A DNA stretch of 32,606 nt from Burkholderiaceae bacterium (GCA_041565015.1 JBFGOX010000001.1:1-32606); one strand, 5' to 3'. Positions 1 to 8,778 are shown, counted from the first letter of the stretch. The notes: a model not told the origin generated them from the letters alone. Numbers and translations: made by a program.

Positions 1-516
1 AGCGGCGTGCGCGCCGAAATGTTCGAACTTTCGCTGCAGCCTGATCGGCTTACCGCGCTGTCGCAGTGTCTTGCGGCGCGGTCCTGGCGGGCGATCCTGC
101 TCGCCTTGAACGCGGGTGAGGCGGCGGCGTTCCGACCCTGGCTGCCGGAACAGGCGATCGTGGTGGCGACCTCGCGCGTGCACCTGATCGATCCGTCGGC
201 GGTCGGACTGGCGCAGGAACTGGAAGGGCTGGCCTTCGTCGACATGCCATGGCTGGTCGAGCCCGATCATCCGGCGGTGATGGTGTTCCCGCGCGCGCCG
301 GTGCCATACAGCGCCGAACTCGAGCGCTTGTACGCGCTCGGAATCGATGCCTACCGCCTCGCCGCCGAATGGCTGAAAGGGACGAGCCGGTTCGAGATCG
401 ACGGCGTCACGGGCTGGCTGCGCGTCGATCCCGCCCTTGGGGGCCGTGTTGAACGTTCGCCGGTGATGGCGGTCTTCGTTAACGGCAAGCCCGAACGAAG
501 GGACGTCTTTCGATGA
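1..516 (+). CDS. lpoA: penicillin-binding protein activator LpoA-like protein, C-terminal part (5' end lies outside the window)
   Basis: Frame 1 is open from nt 1; the ORF track begins at an internal GTG at 7. Stop is TGA 514-516. The tail (LEGLAFVDMPWL, ERLYALGIDAYRLA, GVTGWLRVD) reads like the C-terminal periplasmic-binding-protein-like domain of LpoA/YraM. It is followed by yraN and a BON lipoprotein, as in E. coli yraM-yraN-diaA-yraP. Family call is by recall. Confidence 0.7.
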   Translation, partial: SGVRAEMFELSLQPDRLTALSQCLAARSWRAILLALNAGEAAAFRPWLPEQAIVVATSRVHLIDPSAVGLAQELEGLAFVDMPWLVEPDHPAVMVFPRAPVPYSAELERLYALGIDAYRLAAEWLKGTSRFEIDGVTGWLRVDPALGGRVERSPVMAVFVNGKPERRDVFR

Positions 517-586
517 ACGGCGCGCAGGCGCTGCCGAAACGATCGTTGCCGCGCCGAGCAACTGCGCGCGGCGCGAAGGAGGCGTC

Positions 587-991
587 ATGAGTTTTCTCCG
601 CCGCAGAGCGCACGCGCGTAGCGGGGTGCGAACGCCGCGGCAGCGCGACGGCGACGCGGCCGAAGCCGCTGCCTGCGCGACGCTCGAGGCGGCCGGATGT
701 CGTATCCTCGCGCGCAACGTCCGCTTTCGCGAAGGTGAACTCGACATCGTCGCCGACGACGGCGGCACGCTGGTGTTCGTCGAGGTGCGCATGCGCCGCG
801 GCGAAGGCTTCGGCGGCGCCGACGGCAGCATCGATGCCCTCAAGCGCCGCCGGCTCGTACGGGCCGCCCAGCATTTTCTGCAGGATCGCTATGGCGCGCG
901 CGCGGGGATGCCGCCTTGCCGCTTCGATGTGATCACCGCCGATGGCAACGGGATCCGCGACTGGATCCGGGATGCGTTTGCTGCGGATTGA
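587..991 (+). CDS. yraN: YraN family (UPF0102) endonuclease-like protein
   Basis: ATG 587 lies 4 nt after AGGAGG (577-582). The 134-aa product has the YraN core (AEAAACATLEAAGCRILARNVRFREGELDIVADDGGTLVFVEVRMRR). Its position after lpoA matches the conserved synteny. Confidence 0.85.
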   Translation: MSFLRRRAHARSGVRTPRQRDGDAAEAAACATLEAAGCRILARNVRFREGELDIVADDGGTLVFVEVRMRRGEGFGGADGSIDALKRRRLVRAAQHFLQDRYGARAGMPPCRFDVITADGNGIRDWIRDAFAAD

Positions 992-1010
992 CCGCTATTT
1001 GGGAGAAAAA

Positions 1011-1643
1011 ATGCTGAAAACCCTCCGCGGCGCAGTGCTCGCCGCCACCGCCGTCGTGCTTTTTTCGGGCTGTGCGCCGCTGGTCGTTGGCGGTGCCGCC
1101 GTTGGCGGCGCACTCGTCGTCACCGATCGCCGCTCGGTCGGCATTCAGCTCGAGGACGAGACGATCGAGCGACGCATCAATCGCGCGCTGGCGGAAAAGT
1201 TTCCGCGTGATCGCGCCAATATCAGCGTCACCAGCTATAACCGCCGCGTTCTGCTGACCGGCGAGGTGGTCAACGAACAAGGCAAACTCGATGCGCAGGC
1301 GATCGCCGAGAAGACCGAGAACGTCGCCGGTGTTCTGAACGAACTGCACATCGGTTCATTGTCGACGCTGAGCAACCGCAACTTCGACACCGCGCTGTCG
1401 GCTAAGGTGCGTGCCGCGCTGCTCGAGGCCAAGGGCGTGCCCAGCGCAACCGTCAAGATCGTCTCCGAGCGCAGCGTCGTCTACCTGATGGGGCGCGTCA
1501 CGCAGGAGGAAGGCGAAGCGGCCGCCCGCGCGGCCAGTCGCGTTTCGGGAGTGCGCCAGGTGGTCAAGTACTTCGACTACCTCAGCGAATCGGAAGCCGC
1601 CGAGCTGAAGCGCAAGTCAGGCGCCGACGCCACGCGCAAGTAG
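1011..1643 (+). CDS. dolP: BON domain-containing outer-membrane lipoprotein (DolP/YraP-like)
   Basis: Internal ATG 1011 is preceded by GGGAGA (1001-1006). The N-terminus MLKTLRGAVLAATAVVLFSGC is a signal peptide with a lipobox (LFSGC). Two BON-like repeats follow (ISVTSYNRRVLLTGEV; VKIVSERSVVYLMGRV). The 23 codons upstream in the ORF-track frame overlap the yraN end and look non-coding. Confidence 0.85.
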   Translation: MLKTLRGAVLAATAVVLFSGCAPLVVGGAAVGGALVVTDRRSVGIQLEDETIERRINRALAEKFPRDRANISVTSYNRRVLLTGEVVNEQGKLDAQAIAEKTENVAGVLNELHIGSLSTLSNRNFDTALSAKVRAALLEAKGVPSATVKIVSERSVVYLMGRVTQEEGEAAARAASRVSGVRQVVKYFDYLSESEAAELKRKSGADATRK

Positions 1644-1790
1644 CGCGGCGGCAGGCGGCCGCGGCGCGTGCGGACGGCCGGTCGCCGCGACGGGCGCGCA
1701 AAACCATCACATCGCCGCCGGTTTCTCTCTTATAGTCCGCCGCGACGCCGACGGCCGCGCTGCGCGACGGGCGAACGACGGGAGGACGGC

Positions 1791-2378
1791 ATGGGCTGGA
1801 TCGTTTTTCTGGGCCTGATCGCGGTGCTGGTGTTCTGGGTGATCGGTGCCTACAACCGGCTGGTCAACCTGCGCAACGTGTTCAAGAACGCGTTCGCGCA
1901 GATCGATGTGCAGCTGAAGCGCCGCTACGACCTGATACCGAATCTCGTCGAGACGGCGAAGGGCTACATGAAGCACGAGCGCGAGACGCTGGAAGGGGTG
2001 ATCAAGGCACGCGCCAATGCGGTGGCCGCCAATACGGCCGCCGCCGCCAACCCCGCGGATCCGACGGCGATGCGGCAGCTAATGACCGCCGAGGGGCTGC
2101 TTTCCGGCGCGCTGGGCAAGCTGTTCGCGCTGGCCGAGGCCTATCCCGACCTGAAGGCCAACCAGAACATGATGCAGCTGTCGGAGGAGCTGACGAGCAC
2201 CGAGAACAAGATCGCATTTGCCCGGCAGGCGTTCAACGACGCGGTGATGACCTACAACACTGCGGTCGAGCAGTTCCCCAGCAATGTCGTGGCCGGCGCG
2301 TTCTCGTTCCGGCAGGCCGAACTGCTGGCGGCCACCGAAAGCGCCGAGGAGAAGAGGCCGGTCAAGGTCCAGTTCTGA
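1791..2378 (+). CDS. LemA family membrane protein
   Basis: ATG 1791 follows GGGAGGA (1780-1786). The product has an N-terminal TM helix (GWIVFLGLIAVLVFWVIGAYNRLV) and LemA-typical segments (RRYDLIPNLVETAKGYMKHERETLE; AEAYPDLKANQNMMQLSEELTSTENKIAFARQAFNDAV). The Arg-rich 41 codons upstream in the ORF track were discarded. Confidence 0.9.
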   Translation: MGWIVFLGLIAVLVFWVIGAYNRLVNLRNVFKNAFAQIDVQLKRRYDLIPNLVETAKGYMKHERETLEGVIKARANAVAANTAAAANPADPTAMRQLMTAEGLLSGALGKLFALAEAYPDLKANQNMMQLSEELTSTENKIAFARQAFNDAVMTYNTAVEQFPSNVVAGAFSFRQAELLAATESAEEKRPVKVQF

Positions 2379-2454
2379 GCGTGACGCGCGCGATGCGCGG
2401 CGGGCGCGTGGTCCGGAGCGCCTGGGCGATTGCTGCGCGTGCCAGGGCGCAGCG

Positions 2455-4377
2455 ATGAATTTCTTCGAGCACCAGGAATCGGCCCGGCGCACCAGCAAGC
2501 GGCTTGTTGTCCTGTTCGTGCTGGCGGTGATCGCCATCGTGGTTGCGGTCAATGTCGTCGCGACTTTCGTCTACCTCAGCGTCTTCGCGCCGCCGTTGCC
2601 GCGCGGGTTCTTCCTCACCAACACGCTGGTCACGCTGCTGATGATCGGCGCCGGCACCTGGTGGGAAACCACGCGCCTGGCCAGCGGCGGCGAAGCGGTT
2701 GCGCAGATGGTCGGCGCGCGCCGCGTCGATTCGTCCACGCGCGACCTTCTCGAGCGGCGCCTGGTCAATGTGGTCGAGGAAATGGCGCTGGCCTCTGGCC
2801 TGCCTACGCCGCGCGTGTACGTGATGGACAACGAGATGTCGATCAACGCCTTCGCGGCCGGCCATTCGCTGAACGATGCGGTGGTGGCCGTCACCCGCGG
2901 CACGTTGATGCGGCTGACGCGCGATGAACTGCAGGGCGTGATCGGGCACGAGTTCAGTCACATCCTGAACGGCGACATGCGGCTGAACATTCGCCTGATC
3001 GGCGTGTTGTTCGGGCTGCTGATGCTGGCCATGTTCGGCCGGTTCATGATGGAGATCGGTCGCGGCAGCCGCGACAGCCGCGGCGGCATGGTCGTGCTGC
3101 TGGTCGCCGGCATTGCGCTGTGGATGATCGGCTATATCGGCGTCTTTTTCGGCCGCCTGATCAAGGCCGCGGTGTCGCGCCAACGCGAATTTCTGGCCGA
3201 CGCCAGCAGCGTCCAGTTCACCCGTAATCCGGACGGTATCGGCGGCGCGCTGCGCAAGATCGGCGGCCTGACGCAGCCCGGAGAACCCGGCAGCCGCATC
3301 GAGCATCCGCATGCCGAGACGCTGTCACATCTGTTCCTCGGCGCGGCGCGACCGAGTTTTGTATCCGGGCTGTTCGCGACCCATCCGCCGCTGGCGCGCC
3401 GCGTCCAGCGCATCTACGGCAGGCCGCTGCCGATGCTGCCGGCGCCGGAACTGCCGTTGTCGGCCGCGCTTGGCGAGCCCGTTGCCGCGCCGCCATTGCC
3501 GTTTGCCGACACCACGCCCGCCGAAGCGGTCAGCCCGCTGGCGGCGCTCGTGCAGGAGCCGTCGCGCGGCGAATCGTTGGCGGAGTCGATCGGCTCGGCC
3601 AGCGTCGACGGCCATGCGCTGGCGCGGGCAGTGGCGAGGCTTCCGGGTGAGGCCGAACTGGAGTCGGCGCTCGCCGACAGCTTGCAGGCGCAACAGGTCG
3701 TTCTGGCGCTGTTGATCGAGAAGGACAAGCCGTTTTCGGGACAGCAGCGGCAGCTGGTGGCCGAGGCTTTCGGCAGCGACGCAGCGCAGCAGGTCGATGC
3801 GTTCCACGACACGATCCGGCGACTGCCGCCGGGGCTTCGCCTGCCGCTGCTCGATCGCGCCAGCCCGACGCTGCTGAAACTGGCGCCGGCAGCGCGCGAA
3901 CGCCTGCTTTTGCTCGCGCACGGGCTGATCGTCGCTGACGGCCGCATCACGCTGCACGAGTTCCTGCTGTTCACGGTGCTGAAGCGGCGGGCCGGACGCG
4001 ATTCGCATAAGCCACCCCCGGTTCGATTTGCGAGCCTGGCGCCAGTCGAGGCTGACATCGGGTTGGTGCTGTCCTTGCTGGCCAGCGTGCGGCTGCCCGA
4101 GCAGCCCGAAAGGGCCTACAACGCCGGCGTGCTGCTGCTGCCAGGCATCGAGCCGGCGCGCGTGCCGACCGAATCGATCGCGCTCGATGCGGTCGCGCGT
4201 GCGCTGGATCGGCTGAATCTGCTGGCGCCGCTCGAAAAGCCGCGCCTGATCAAGGCCTGCGCTGCCGCGGCCTTCGTGGACGGCCGAACGCACTGGAAGG
4301 CAGCCAGCTGCCTGCGCACCATCTGCGCGGCGATCGACGCTCCGCTACCGCCACAGATGCGCGCGCAGGCGGCGTAG
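2455..4377 (+). CDS. M48 family (HtpX-like) zinc metalloprotease with long C-terminal non-protease extension
   Basis: Start ATG 2455 (MNFFEHQESARR) is the first Met after Arg-rich junk. HEFSH zinc motif lies at nt 2947-2961, with a downstream REFLAD glutamate. Hydrophobic TM helices flank the catalytic core, which ends near RRVQRIYG (nt ~3420). About 318 further residues run to the stop at 4375-4377. Confidence 0.88.
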   Translation: MNFFEHQESARRTSKRLVVLFVLAVIAIVVAVNVVATFVYLSVFAPPLPRGFFLTNTLVTLLMIGAGTWWETTRLASGGEAVAQMVGARRVDSSTRDLLERRLVNVVEEMALASGLPTPRVYVMDNEMSINAFAAGHSLNDAVVAVTRGTLMRLTRDELQGVIGHEFSHILNGDMRLNIRLIGVLFGLLMLAMFGRFMMEIGRGSRDSRGGMVVLLVAGIALWMIGYIGVFFGRLIKAAVSRQREFLADASSVQFTRNPDGIGGALRKIGGLTQPGEPGSRIEHPHAETLSHLFLGAARPSFVSGLFATHPPLARRVQRIYGRPLPMLPAPELPLSAALGEPVAAPPLPFADTTPAEAVSPLAALVQEPSRGESLAESIGSASVDGHALARAVARLPGEAELESALADSLQAQQVVLALLIEKDKPFSGQQRQLVAEAFGSDAAQQVDAFHDTIRRLPPGLRLPLLDRASPTLLKLAPAARERLLLLAHGLIVADGRITLHEFLLFTVLKRRAGRDSHKPPPVRFASLAPVEADIGLVLSLLASVRLPEQPERAYNAGVLLLPGIEPARVPTESIALDAVARALDRLNLLAPLEKPRLIKACAAAAFVDGRTHWKAASCLRTICAAIDAPLPPQMRAQAA

Positions 4378-4393
4378 GTCGCGTGGCTGGCGT

Positions 4394-5755
4394 TCAGGAC
4401 GCAGCCGGCCAGCCAAGACGGGCACTGATCTGCTGATGGCGCGCCTGCAGTGAAGGCTCGTCCGGCGCGCCGAGGTTCAGCGTCGCGTATCGATGGCTGC
4501 CCAGCCATTTGTATTCCCGCCGCAGGCCGTGGCCGCGCTTGTGATATTGGAACAGCACCGCGTCGGGATGATGCCGAGCCAGCCAGCGGCGTACCCTCGA
4601 ATCGGCCTTCGGCGGCGGGGCGGCGCCGTCGAACGTACGCCAGACGTAGCTCGCCGCCACGCTGGCCCTCGGCTGCACGCGCGGCAGTTGGCCGGGATCC
4701 CGGCCCTGGCCGAGTTCAAGCAGCATGTCGAACACGCGCAGTCCGTCGACGCGCTCGTAGAGATCCGCCAGCTGCGAGGCCAGGCGCGGGTTGATCTCGA
4801 TGACCGTCAGGCGATCGGTCAGCGGATCGTGAAAGAACTCGATATTGAAGAAACCGTGGTCGAAGCCGAGGCCGCGCATGATGCGCGCGGTCAGCTCCCG
4901 CGCACGCGCCTGAACCGACGCCGGCGCTTGCGAGGGATACTGGAAGCGTGCGAAGGCGTCGGTGCCCGGGTACATGATCTCGTCGATGCAACCGAGAAGG
5001 CGCACTTCGCCGTCAAAGACATAGCCGTCGAGGTTCAGCTGTCTTCCGGACAACGGCGCCTCGGCGAGCATCCAGTGCGCGTCGACCGCATAGCCCTGCG
5101 GCCTGCCGATCAGCTTGGCGAACGCGTTGTTGAACGGCCGCACCAGCCGCTTGATGATCAGCCGCTCGTGCGGCGCGAACGACAGGTGCTGCTGCAGTCC
5201 GGCTTCGGTCTCGATCCGCCGTGCCAGCACCGAAAACGTCGCCTTGACCGGCTTGACGAAGAACGGCAGCGGCAGACCCAGCGGCGCCGCCTTCGGCAGC
5301 GTATGGGGGAAAGCCCAGTGCGCGACGTTGGCCTCCGGTGCAATCTGCTGCAGCCGCTCGCGACAGTACGCTTTGTGCTGGCAGGCCAGGATCGCGCGCG
5401 GATCGGTGCCCGGCAGGCCGAGCTTGTGTGCGAGCAGCGAGGCGGCCAGCGCACCGAACTGTTCGTCGGTCGACACGACTGCATCGATGCGCTGGCCGGC
5501 GCACTTGGCGGCGAGCCGATCGACGAAGCGATCGATATTGTAGGCGAACAGCCGGACGTTGCTGGGAAAGGAGAACAGATCGAAGCCGTCGAAGATGGCG
5601 TCGATCTGTCCGGCCGCGGCGCGCATCTGCACCGCGCGGCGCATGAAGTCGAGGGTGAACAGCGCCAGCACGCGCGGCGGCCGACCCCCTTCGCTCGGCG
5701 GCGCCGTGACGGTGCGCGACTCGCCGGGCAGGAGGCGGGTTTCGAATGGGCTCAC
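4394..5755 (-). CDS. ATP-grasp domain-containing protein (unknown carboxylate-amine/thiol ligase)
   Basis: The 453-aa ORF has an ATP-grasp C-terminal core (FFVKPVKATFSV, LDGYVFDGEVRLLGCIDEIMYP, GFFNIEFFHDPLTDRLTVIEINPRLASQ). The start is GTG 5755 with no SD, and an internal GTG (RVLALF) is also possible. The antisense 446-aa ORF 4493..5833 is rejected. Confidence 0.8.
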   Translation of the reverse strand: MSPFETRLLPGESRTVTAPPSEGGRPPRVLALFTLDFMRRAVQMRAAAGQIDAIFDGFDLFSFPSNVRLFAYNIDRFVDRLAAKCAGQRIDAVVSTDEQFGALAASLLAHKLGLPGTDPRAILACQHKAYCRERLQQIAPEANVAHWAFPHTLPKAAPLGLPLPFFVKPVKATFSVLARRIETEAGLQQHLSFAPHERLIIKRLVRPFNNAFAKLIGRPQGYAVDAHWMLAEAPLSGRQLNLDGYVFDGEVRLLGCIDEIMYPGTDAFARFQYPSQAPASVQARARELTARIMRGLGFDHGFFNIEFFHDPLTDRLTVIEINPRLASQLADLYERVDGLRVFDMLLELGQGRDPGQLPRVQPRASVAASYVWRTFDGAAPPPKADSRVRRWLARHHPDAVLFQYHKRGHGLRREYKWLGSHRYATLNLGAPDEPSLQARHQQISARLGWPAAS

Positions 5756-5898
5756 GAGTTATGCGGTTCGGTCGAGCACTCAGCGATCTTCGCCGCAACC
5801 TGCCCGGCGGACCTCTTCGTCCGGGCGGACTGACAGCCCGCACGTCGATGCTGTCGCGGCCGGCCCGCCAACGGGCTGCGGATCGTTCCCGCTCGCCG

Positions 5899-6621
5899 TC
5901 AGCGCAGCGAGCCGAAGACTTTCTTCAGGATGTCGCTGCCGGTACCTATCGGATCTTGGCGGATCTTGCGCTCCTCTTCGCCGATCATGAAATACAGCCC
6001 GTCGAGCGCCTTGTCGGTCACGTGGTTCTCAATGCGCGCCGAATCGCCGCTGACCAGACCGAAGCCGCCGGCGCGGCCGGCCAGCGCGTTGTACTGCTGA
6101 GCGAGGCCGATCTTCTCGGTCGTGCGCCTGACGATCGGCAGGAAGCGCTGTGTCAGCGGCGCCCGCGTCTTGTCGGCAAAGAACCGGGTGACCGAGTCGT
6201 CGCCGCCCGTCAGGATGGCCTTCGCGTCGGCTACGCTCATCGAACGGACAGCATCGACGAGCAGCGCCTTTGCTTCCGGAACGGCCTGCTCGGCCGCGCG
6301 ATTGATGCCGACCTTCAGCGCCTCGACCTCGGCTCCGCGCCCGGCGAACTTCAGTGCCGTCTCCGCGCGCTGCAGCCATTCGGGCAGCGGGATGCGGACC
6401 TTGTCGTTGGCCCAGAAGCCGTCGTTGCGGCCGAGAAGATCGACCGCGATCGTCGCGCCGCGTTCGAGAGCTGCCTTGACGCCGGCCGAGGCGTCGGTCT
6501 GCGACAAGTCGCCCAGCGACAGCGCGCCGGCGGCCATCGGCGTCAGCGATACCGCCGCCGCGGCCAGCAGCAGGCGGCGCCGCCCGGGCGTCACTTCGCT
6601 TTCGATCGTGTGCGTATCCAT
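5899..6621 (-). CDS. DUF4197 domain-containing exported protein (Tat-type signal)
   Basis: Internal ATG 6621 lies 6 nt after GAGGAG (6633-6628 on the minus strand). The N-terminus has a twin-arginine-like signal (TPGRRRLLLAAAAVSLTPMAAGA). The remainder matches my recollection of DUF4197 (GVKAALERGA, NDKVRIPLP, KAILTGGDDSVTRFF, DPIGTGSDILKKVFG). Confidence 0.8.
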   Translation of the reverse strand: MDTHTIESEVTPGRRRLLLAAAAVSLTPMAAGALSLGDLSQTDASAGVKAALERGATIAVDLLGRNDGFWANDKVRIPLPEWLQRAETALKFAGRGAEVEALKVGINRAAEQAVPEAKALLVDAVRSMSVADAKAILTGGDDSVTRFFADKTRAPLTQRFLPIVRRTTEKIGLAQQYNALAGRAGGFGLVSGDSARIENHVTDKALDGLYFMIGEEERKIRQDPIGTGSDILKKVFGSLR

Positions 6622-6774
6622 CCGTAGCTCCTCGCCGAAGGTCGATTCATTCATTCAACGCCTCGCCCCTGTAGCCGGCCGACAAGAATCGCCGCGCGCG
6701 ATCGGCAGCCACCGCGCGGGCCGTCGTCGCCGGTTGCGTTCCGTCTGCGGCGGCGCGGTTCGGGCCCTGGCCGC

Positions 6775-7761
6775 TTATGCAATGCCGGCCGCGTGCGCCT
6801 GCTGGTCGGCATGGTACGAACTGCGAACCAGCGGGCCGACGGCGGCGTGCGTGAAGCCCATCGCCTCGGCCTCGCGCCCGAACATGGCGAACGTCTCCGG
6901 ACTCACGTAACGCCGCACCGGCAGGTGATGATTGCTCGGTGCCAGGTACTGGCCGATCGTCAGCATGTCGACCTCATGCGCGCGCAGATCGCGCATTACC
7001 TGCACGATCTCGTCGTCGTTTTCGCCGAGCCCGACCATCAACCCGCTCTTGGTCGGCACGGCGGGCACGCGGCGCTTGAATTCCGACAGCAGCGACAGCG
7101 AGTGCGCATAGTCCGAACCCGGACGCGATTCGCGATACAGCCGCGGCACCGTTTCGAGGTTGTGGTTCATCACGTCCGGTGGCGCTTTCTCGAGGATTTC
7201 CAGCGCCCGATCGAGACGGCCGCGAAAGTCGGGAACCAGCACCTCGATCCGCGTGGCTGGCGAGCGTTCGCGAGTGGCGCGGATGCAGTCGACGAAATGC
7301 TGCGCGCCGCCGTCCTTAAGGTCGTCGCGGTCGACCGAGGTGATCACGACGTAAGACAACTTCAGCGCGGCAATCGTCTTGGCCAGATTCGCCGGCTCAT
7401 CGGCGTCGAGCGGGTCGGGCCGACCGTGGCCGACGTCGCAAAACGGGCAGCGACGCGTGCACTTGTCGCCCATGATCATGAAGGTCGCCGTGCCCTTGCC
7501 GAAGCATTCGCCGATGTTGGGGCAACTGGCTTCCTCGCACACCGTGTGCAGCCGGTGTTCGCGCAAAATGTTCTTGATCTCGTAGAAGCGCGTCGTCGCC
7601 GATCCGGCCTTCACCCGGATCCAGTCGGGCTTGCGCATCGGCACATCGCTGACCGGCTGCAGCGGAAACTTCTTGAACACCGGCGCCGTCTTGGCCTCGC
7701 CTTTCTTCTTCGCAAACGGGTCTTTCGGCAGTGGCGGCGACGCAATCGGATCGTTGCTCAT
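6775..7761 (-). CDS. lipA: lipoyl synthase
   Basis: Starts [10 protein letters not shown]. It carries the auxiliary cluster motif [12 protein letters not shown] and the radical-SAM motif [13 protein letters not shown] 7761 overlaps the lipB stop (ATGA). The extra 179 N-terminal codons in the 507-aa ORF-track entry are Arg/Gly-rich and overlap lipB in another frame. Confidence 0.95.
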   Translation of the reverse strand: MSNDPIASPPLPKDPFAKKKGEAKTAPVFKKFPLQPVSDVPMRKPDWIRVKAGSATTRFYEIKNILREHRLHTVCEEASCPNIGECFGKGTATFMIMGDKCTRRCPFCDVGHGRPDPLDADEPANLAKTIAALKLSYVVITSVDRDDLKDGGAQHFVDCIRATRERSPATRIEVLVPDFRGRLDRALEILEKAPPDVMNHNLETVPRLYRESRPGSDYAHSLSLLSEFKRRVPAVPTKSGLMVGLGENDDEIVQVMRDLRAHEVDMLTIGQYLAPSNHHLPVRRYVSPETFAMFGREAEAMGFTHAAVGPLVRSSYHADQQAHAAGIA

Positions 7762-8408
7762 GGCTTGAAATGCTCGACCAGCCGGGCGCTCAGGCGCTCG
7801 GCGACGGCCTGCCAGGGGGCGGAAACGCCAAGTGTAGCGAGGTCGATTGCCGGCAGCCCCGCATAGCCGCAGGGCTCGATGCGGGTGAATGGCGAGAGAT
7901 CCATGGCCACGTTCAGCGCCACGCCGTGATAGCTGCAGCCGCGGCTTACCTTGATGCCGAGCGCGGCGATCTTGGCCATCCCGGCGAGATCGCCGACGGC
8001 CGTCGAATCGGCCGTGGGCACGTATACGCCCGGCGCGCCGCGCACGCGCTGCGCGTTCAGCCCGAAGCCGTCCAGCGTCTGGATCACCGACTGCTCGATG
8101 CGGAAGACGAGTTCCTTGACGAAGATGCGCAGGCGGCGAAGATCGACCAGCGTGTAGATCACCACCTGGCCCGGACCGTGGTAGGTGACCTGACCGCCAC
8201 GATCGGTCTGCACGACGGCGATATCGCCGGGATCGAGCAGATGCTGCCGCCGCCCGCCCTGACCGAGCGTGAACACCGGCGGATGCTCGACGACCCACAG
8301 CTCGTCGGCGGTTTCGGCGCTGCGCTGCGCCGTGAACGCGCGCATCGCCTGCCAGGTCGGCACATACTCTGCGCGGCCGAGACCGCGCACGACAGGCGAG
8401 TCAGCCAC
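7758..8408 (-). CDS. lipB: lipoyl(octanoyl) transferase
   Basis: 216-aa product with LipB hallmarks ([52 protein letters not shown]). It sits immediately upstream of lipA. Confidence 0.95.
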   Translation of the reverse strand: MADSPVVRGLGRAEYVPTWQAMRAFTAQRSAETADELWVVEHPPVFTLGQGGRRQHLLDPGDIAVVQTDRGGQVTYHGPGQVVIYTLVDLRRLRIFVKELVFRIEQSVIQTLDGFGLNAQRVRGAPGVYVPTADSTAVGDLAGMAKIAALGIKVSRGCSYHGVALNVAMDLSPFTRIEPCGYAGLPAIDLATLGVSAPWQAVAERLSARLVEHFKP

Positions 8409-8423
8409 CAGCCGCCCCGAGGC

Positions 8424-8693
8424 CTAAAGCACGACCTTGACCAGCGAATGGCCGGACAGCGCTCGGTACAGGCTGTCGAGCTGCTCGCGCGAAGTGGCGT
8501 TGATCGTCGCTGTCAGCGACAGGTAGTTGCCTTCGCGCGAGGCGCGGATCTCGACCGTGGCCGGATCGAAGTCCGGCGCGTGTTCGCAGATGACGGCGAC
8601 GATCGTCTGTGCAAACTCGTCGACGCGCCGGCCCATCACCTTGATGGGAAACGGTGTCGGAAAAACGAGCGGTGATTCGGAGTGCTCCGTCAT
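8424..8693 (-). CDS. ybeD: YbeD/DUF493 family protein
   Basis: Internal ATG 8693 gives an 89-aa product (MTEHSESPLVFPTPFPIKVMGRR...GHSLVKVVL), typical of YbeD. Position upstream of lipB matches E. coli ybeD-lipB. Confidence 0.88.
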   Translation of the reverse strand: MTEHSESPLVFPTPFPIKVMGRRVDEFAQTIVAVICEHAPDFDPATVEIRASREGNYLSLTATINATSREQLDSLYRALSGHSLVKVVL

Positions 8694-8778
8694 GGCGCCG
8701 CCTTCGCAGGGCGTGTTGCCGCGTACCGGCCGGCTGCCGATTCGGTCACATAAGTTGCCCGGACCCAGGCCGGCACCC

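Noticed and set aside
1731-1736. TATAGT hexamer 55 nt upstream of lemA as a sigma70 -10 element.
   Set aside because: No acceptable -35 lies at 16-18 nt (cacatc or tcacat), and there is no extended -10 TG. This is too weak to call a promoter from sequence alone.
1668-1790. N-terminal extensions offered by the ORF track for lemA (1668), the M48 gene (2284), the BON gene (942), ctp (22136), moeB (23655), dsbB (24424), trmL (14973), LOG (to 17889), grxC (to 19931) and ybeD (to 8873).
   Set aside because: The extensions are Arg-rich and non-protein-like, and often overlap the preceding gene. Each is followed by an internal start with a good SD and a family-typical N-terminus.
4493-5833. 446-aa ORF on the plus strand antisense to the ATP-grasp gene. 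Similar long antisense or off-frame ORFs occur at 2362..3312, 3325..4293, 5013..5843, 6793..7866, 7731..8675, 8527..10020, 10096..11151, 11432..13009, 20052..20891, 26772..28001 and 28433..29473.
   Set aside because: Their translations are Arg/Ala/Gly/Pro-rich low-complexity strings with no recognisable motifs. They sit opposite or out of frame with genes that carry clear family motifs. Such shadow ORFs are expected in high-GC DNA because stop codons are rare.
5756-5898. Search for a small graspetide-type precursor peptide gene next to the ATP-grasp ligase.
   Set aside because: No ORF with a start codon plus SD and a Thr/Ser/Asp/Glu-rich core is visible on either strand in the 143-nt upstream gap. 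The downstream gap is only 16 nt.
7762-8298. 179-codon N-terminal extension of the lipA ORF (the 507-aa ORF-track entry), which would make a giant LipA fusion.
   Set aside because: The extension is Arg/Gly-rich junk and overlaps the well-supported lipB gene in another frame. MSNDP at ATG 7761, overlapping the lipB stop, gives a normal-length LipA.
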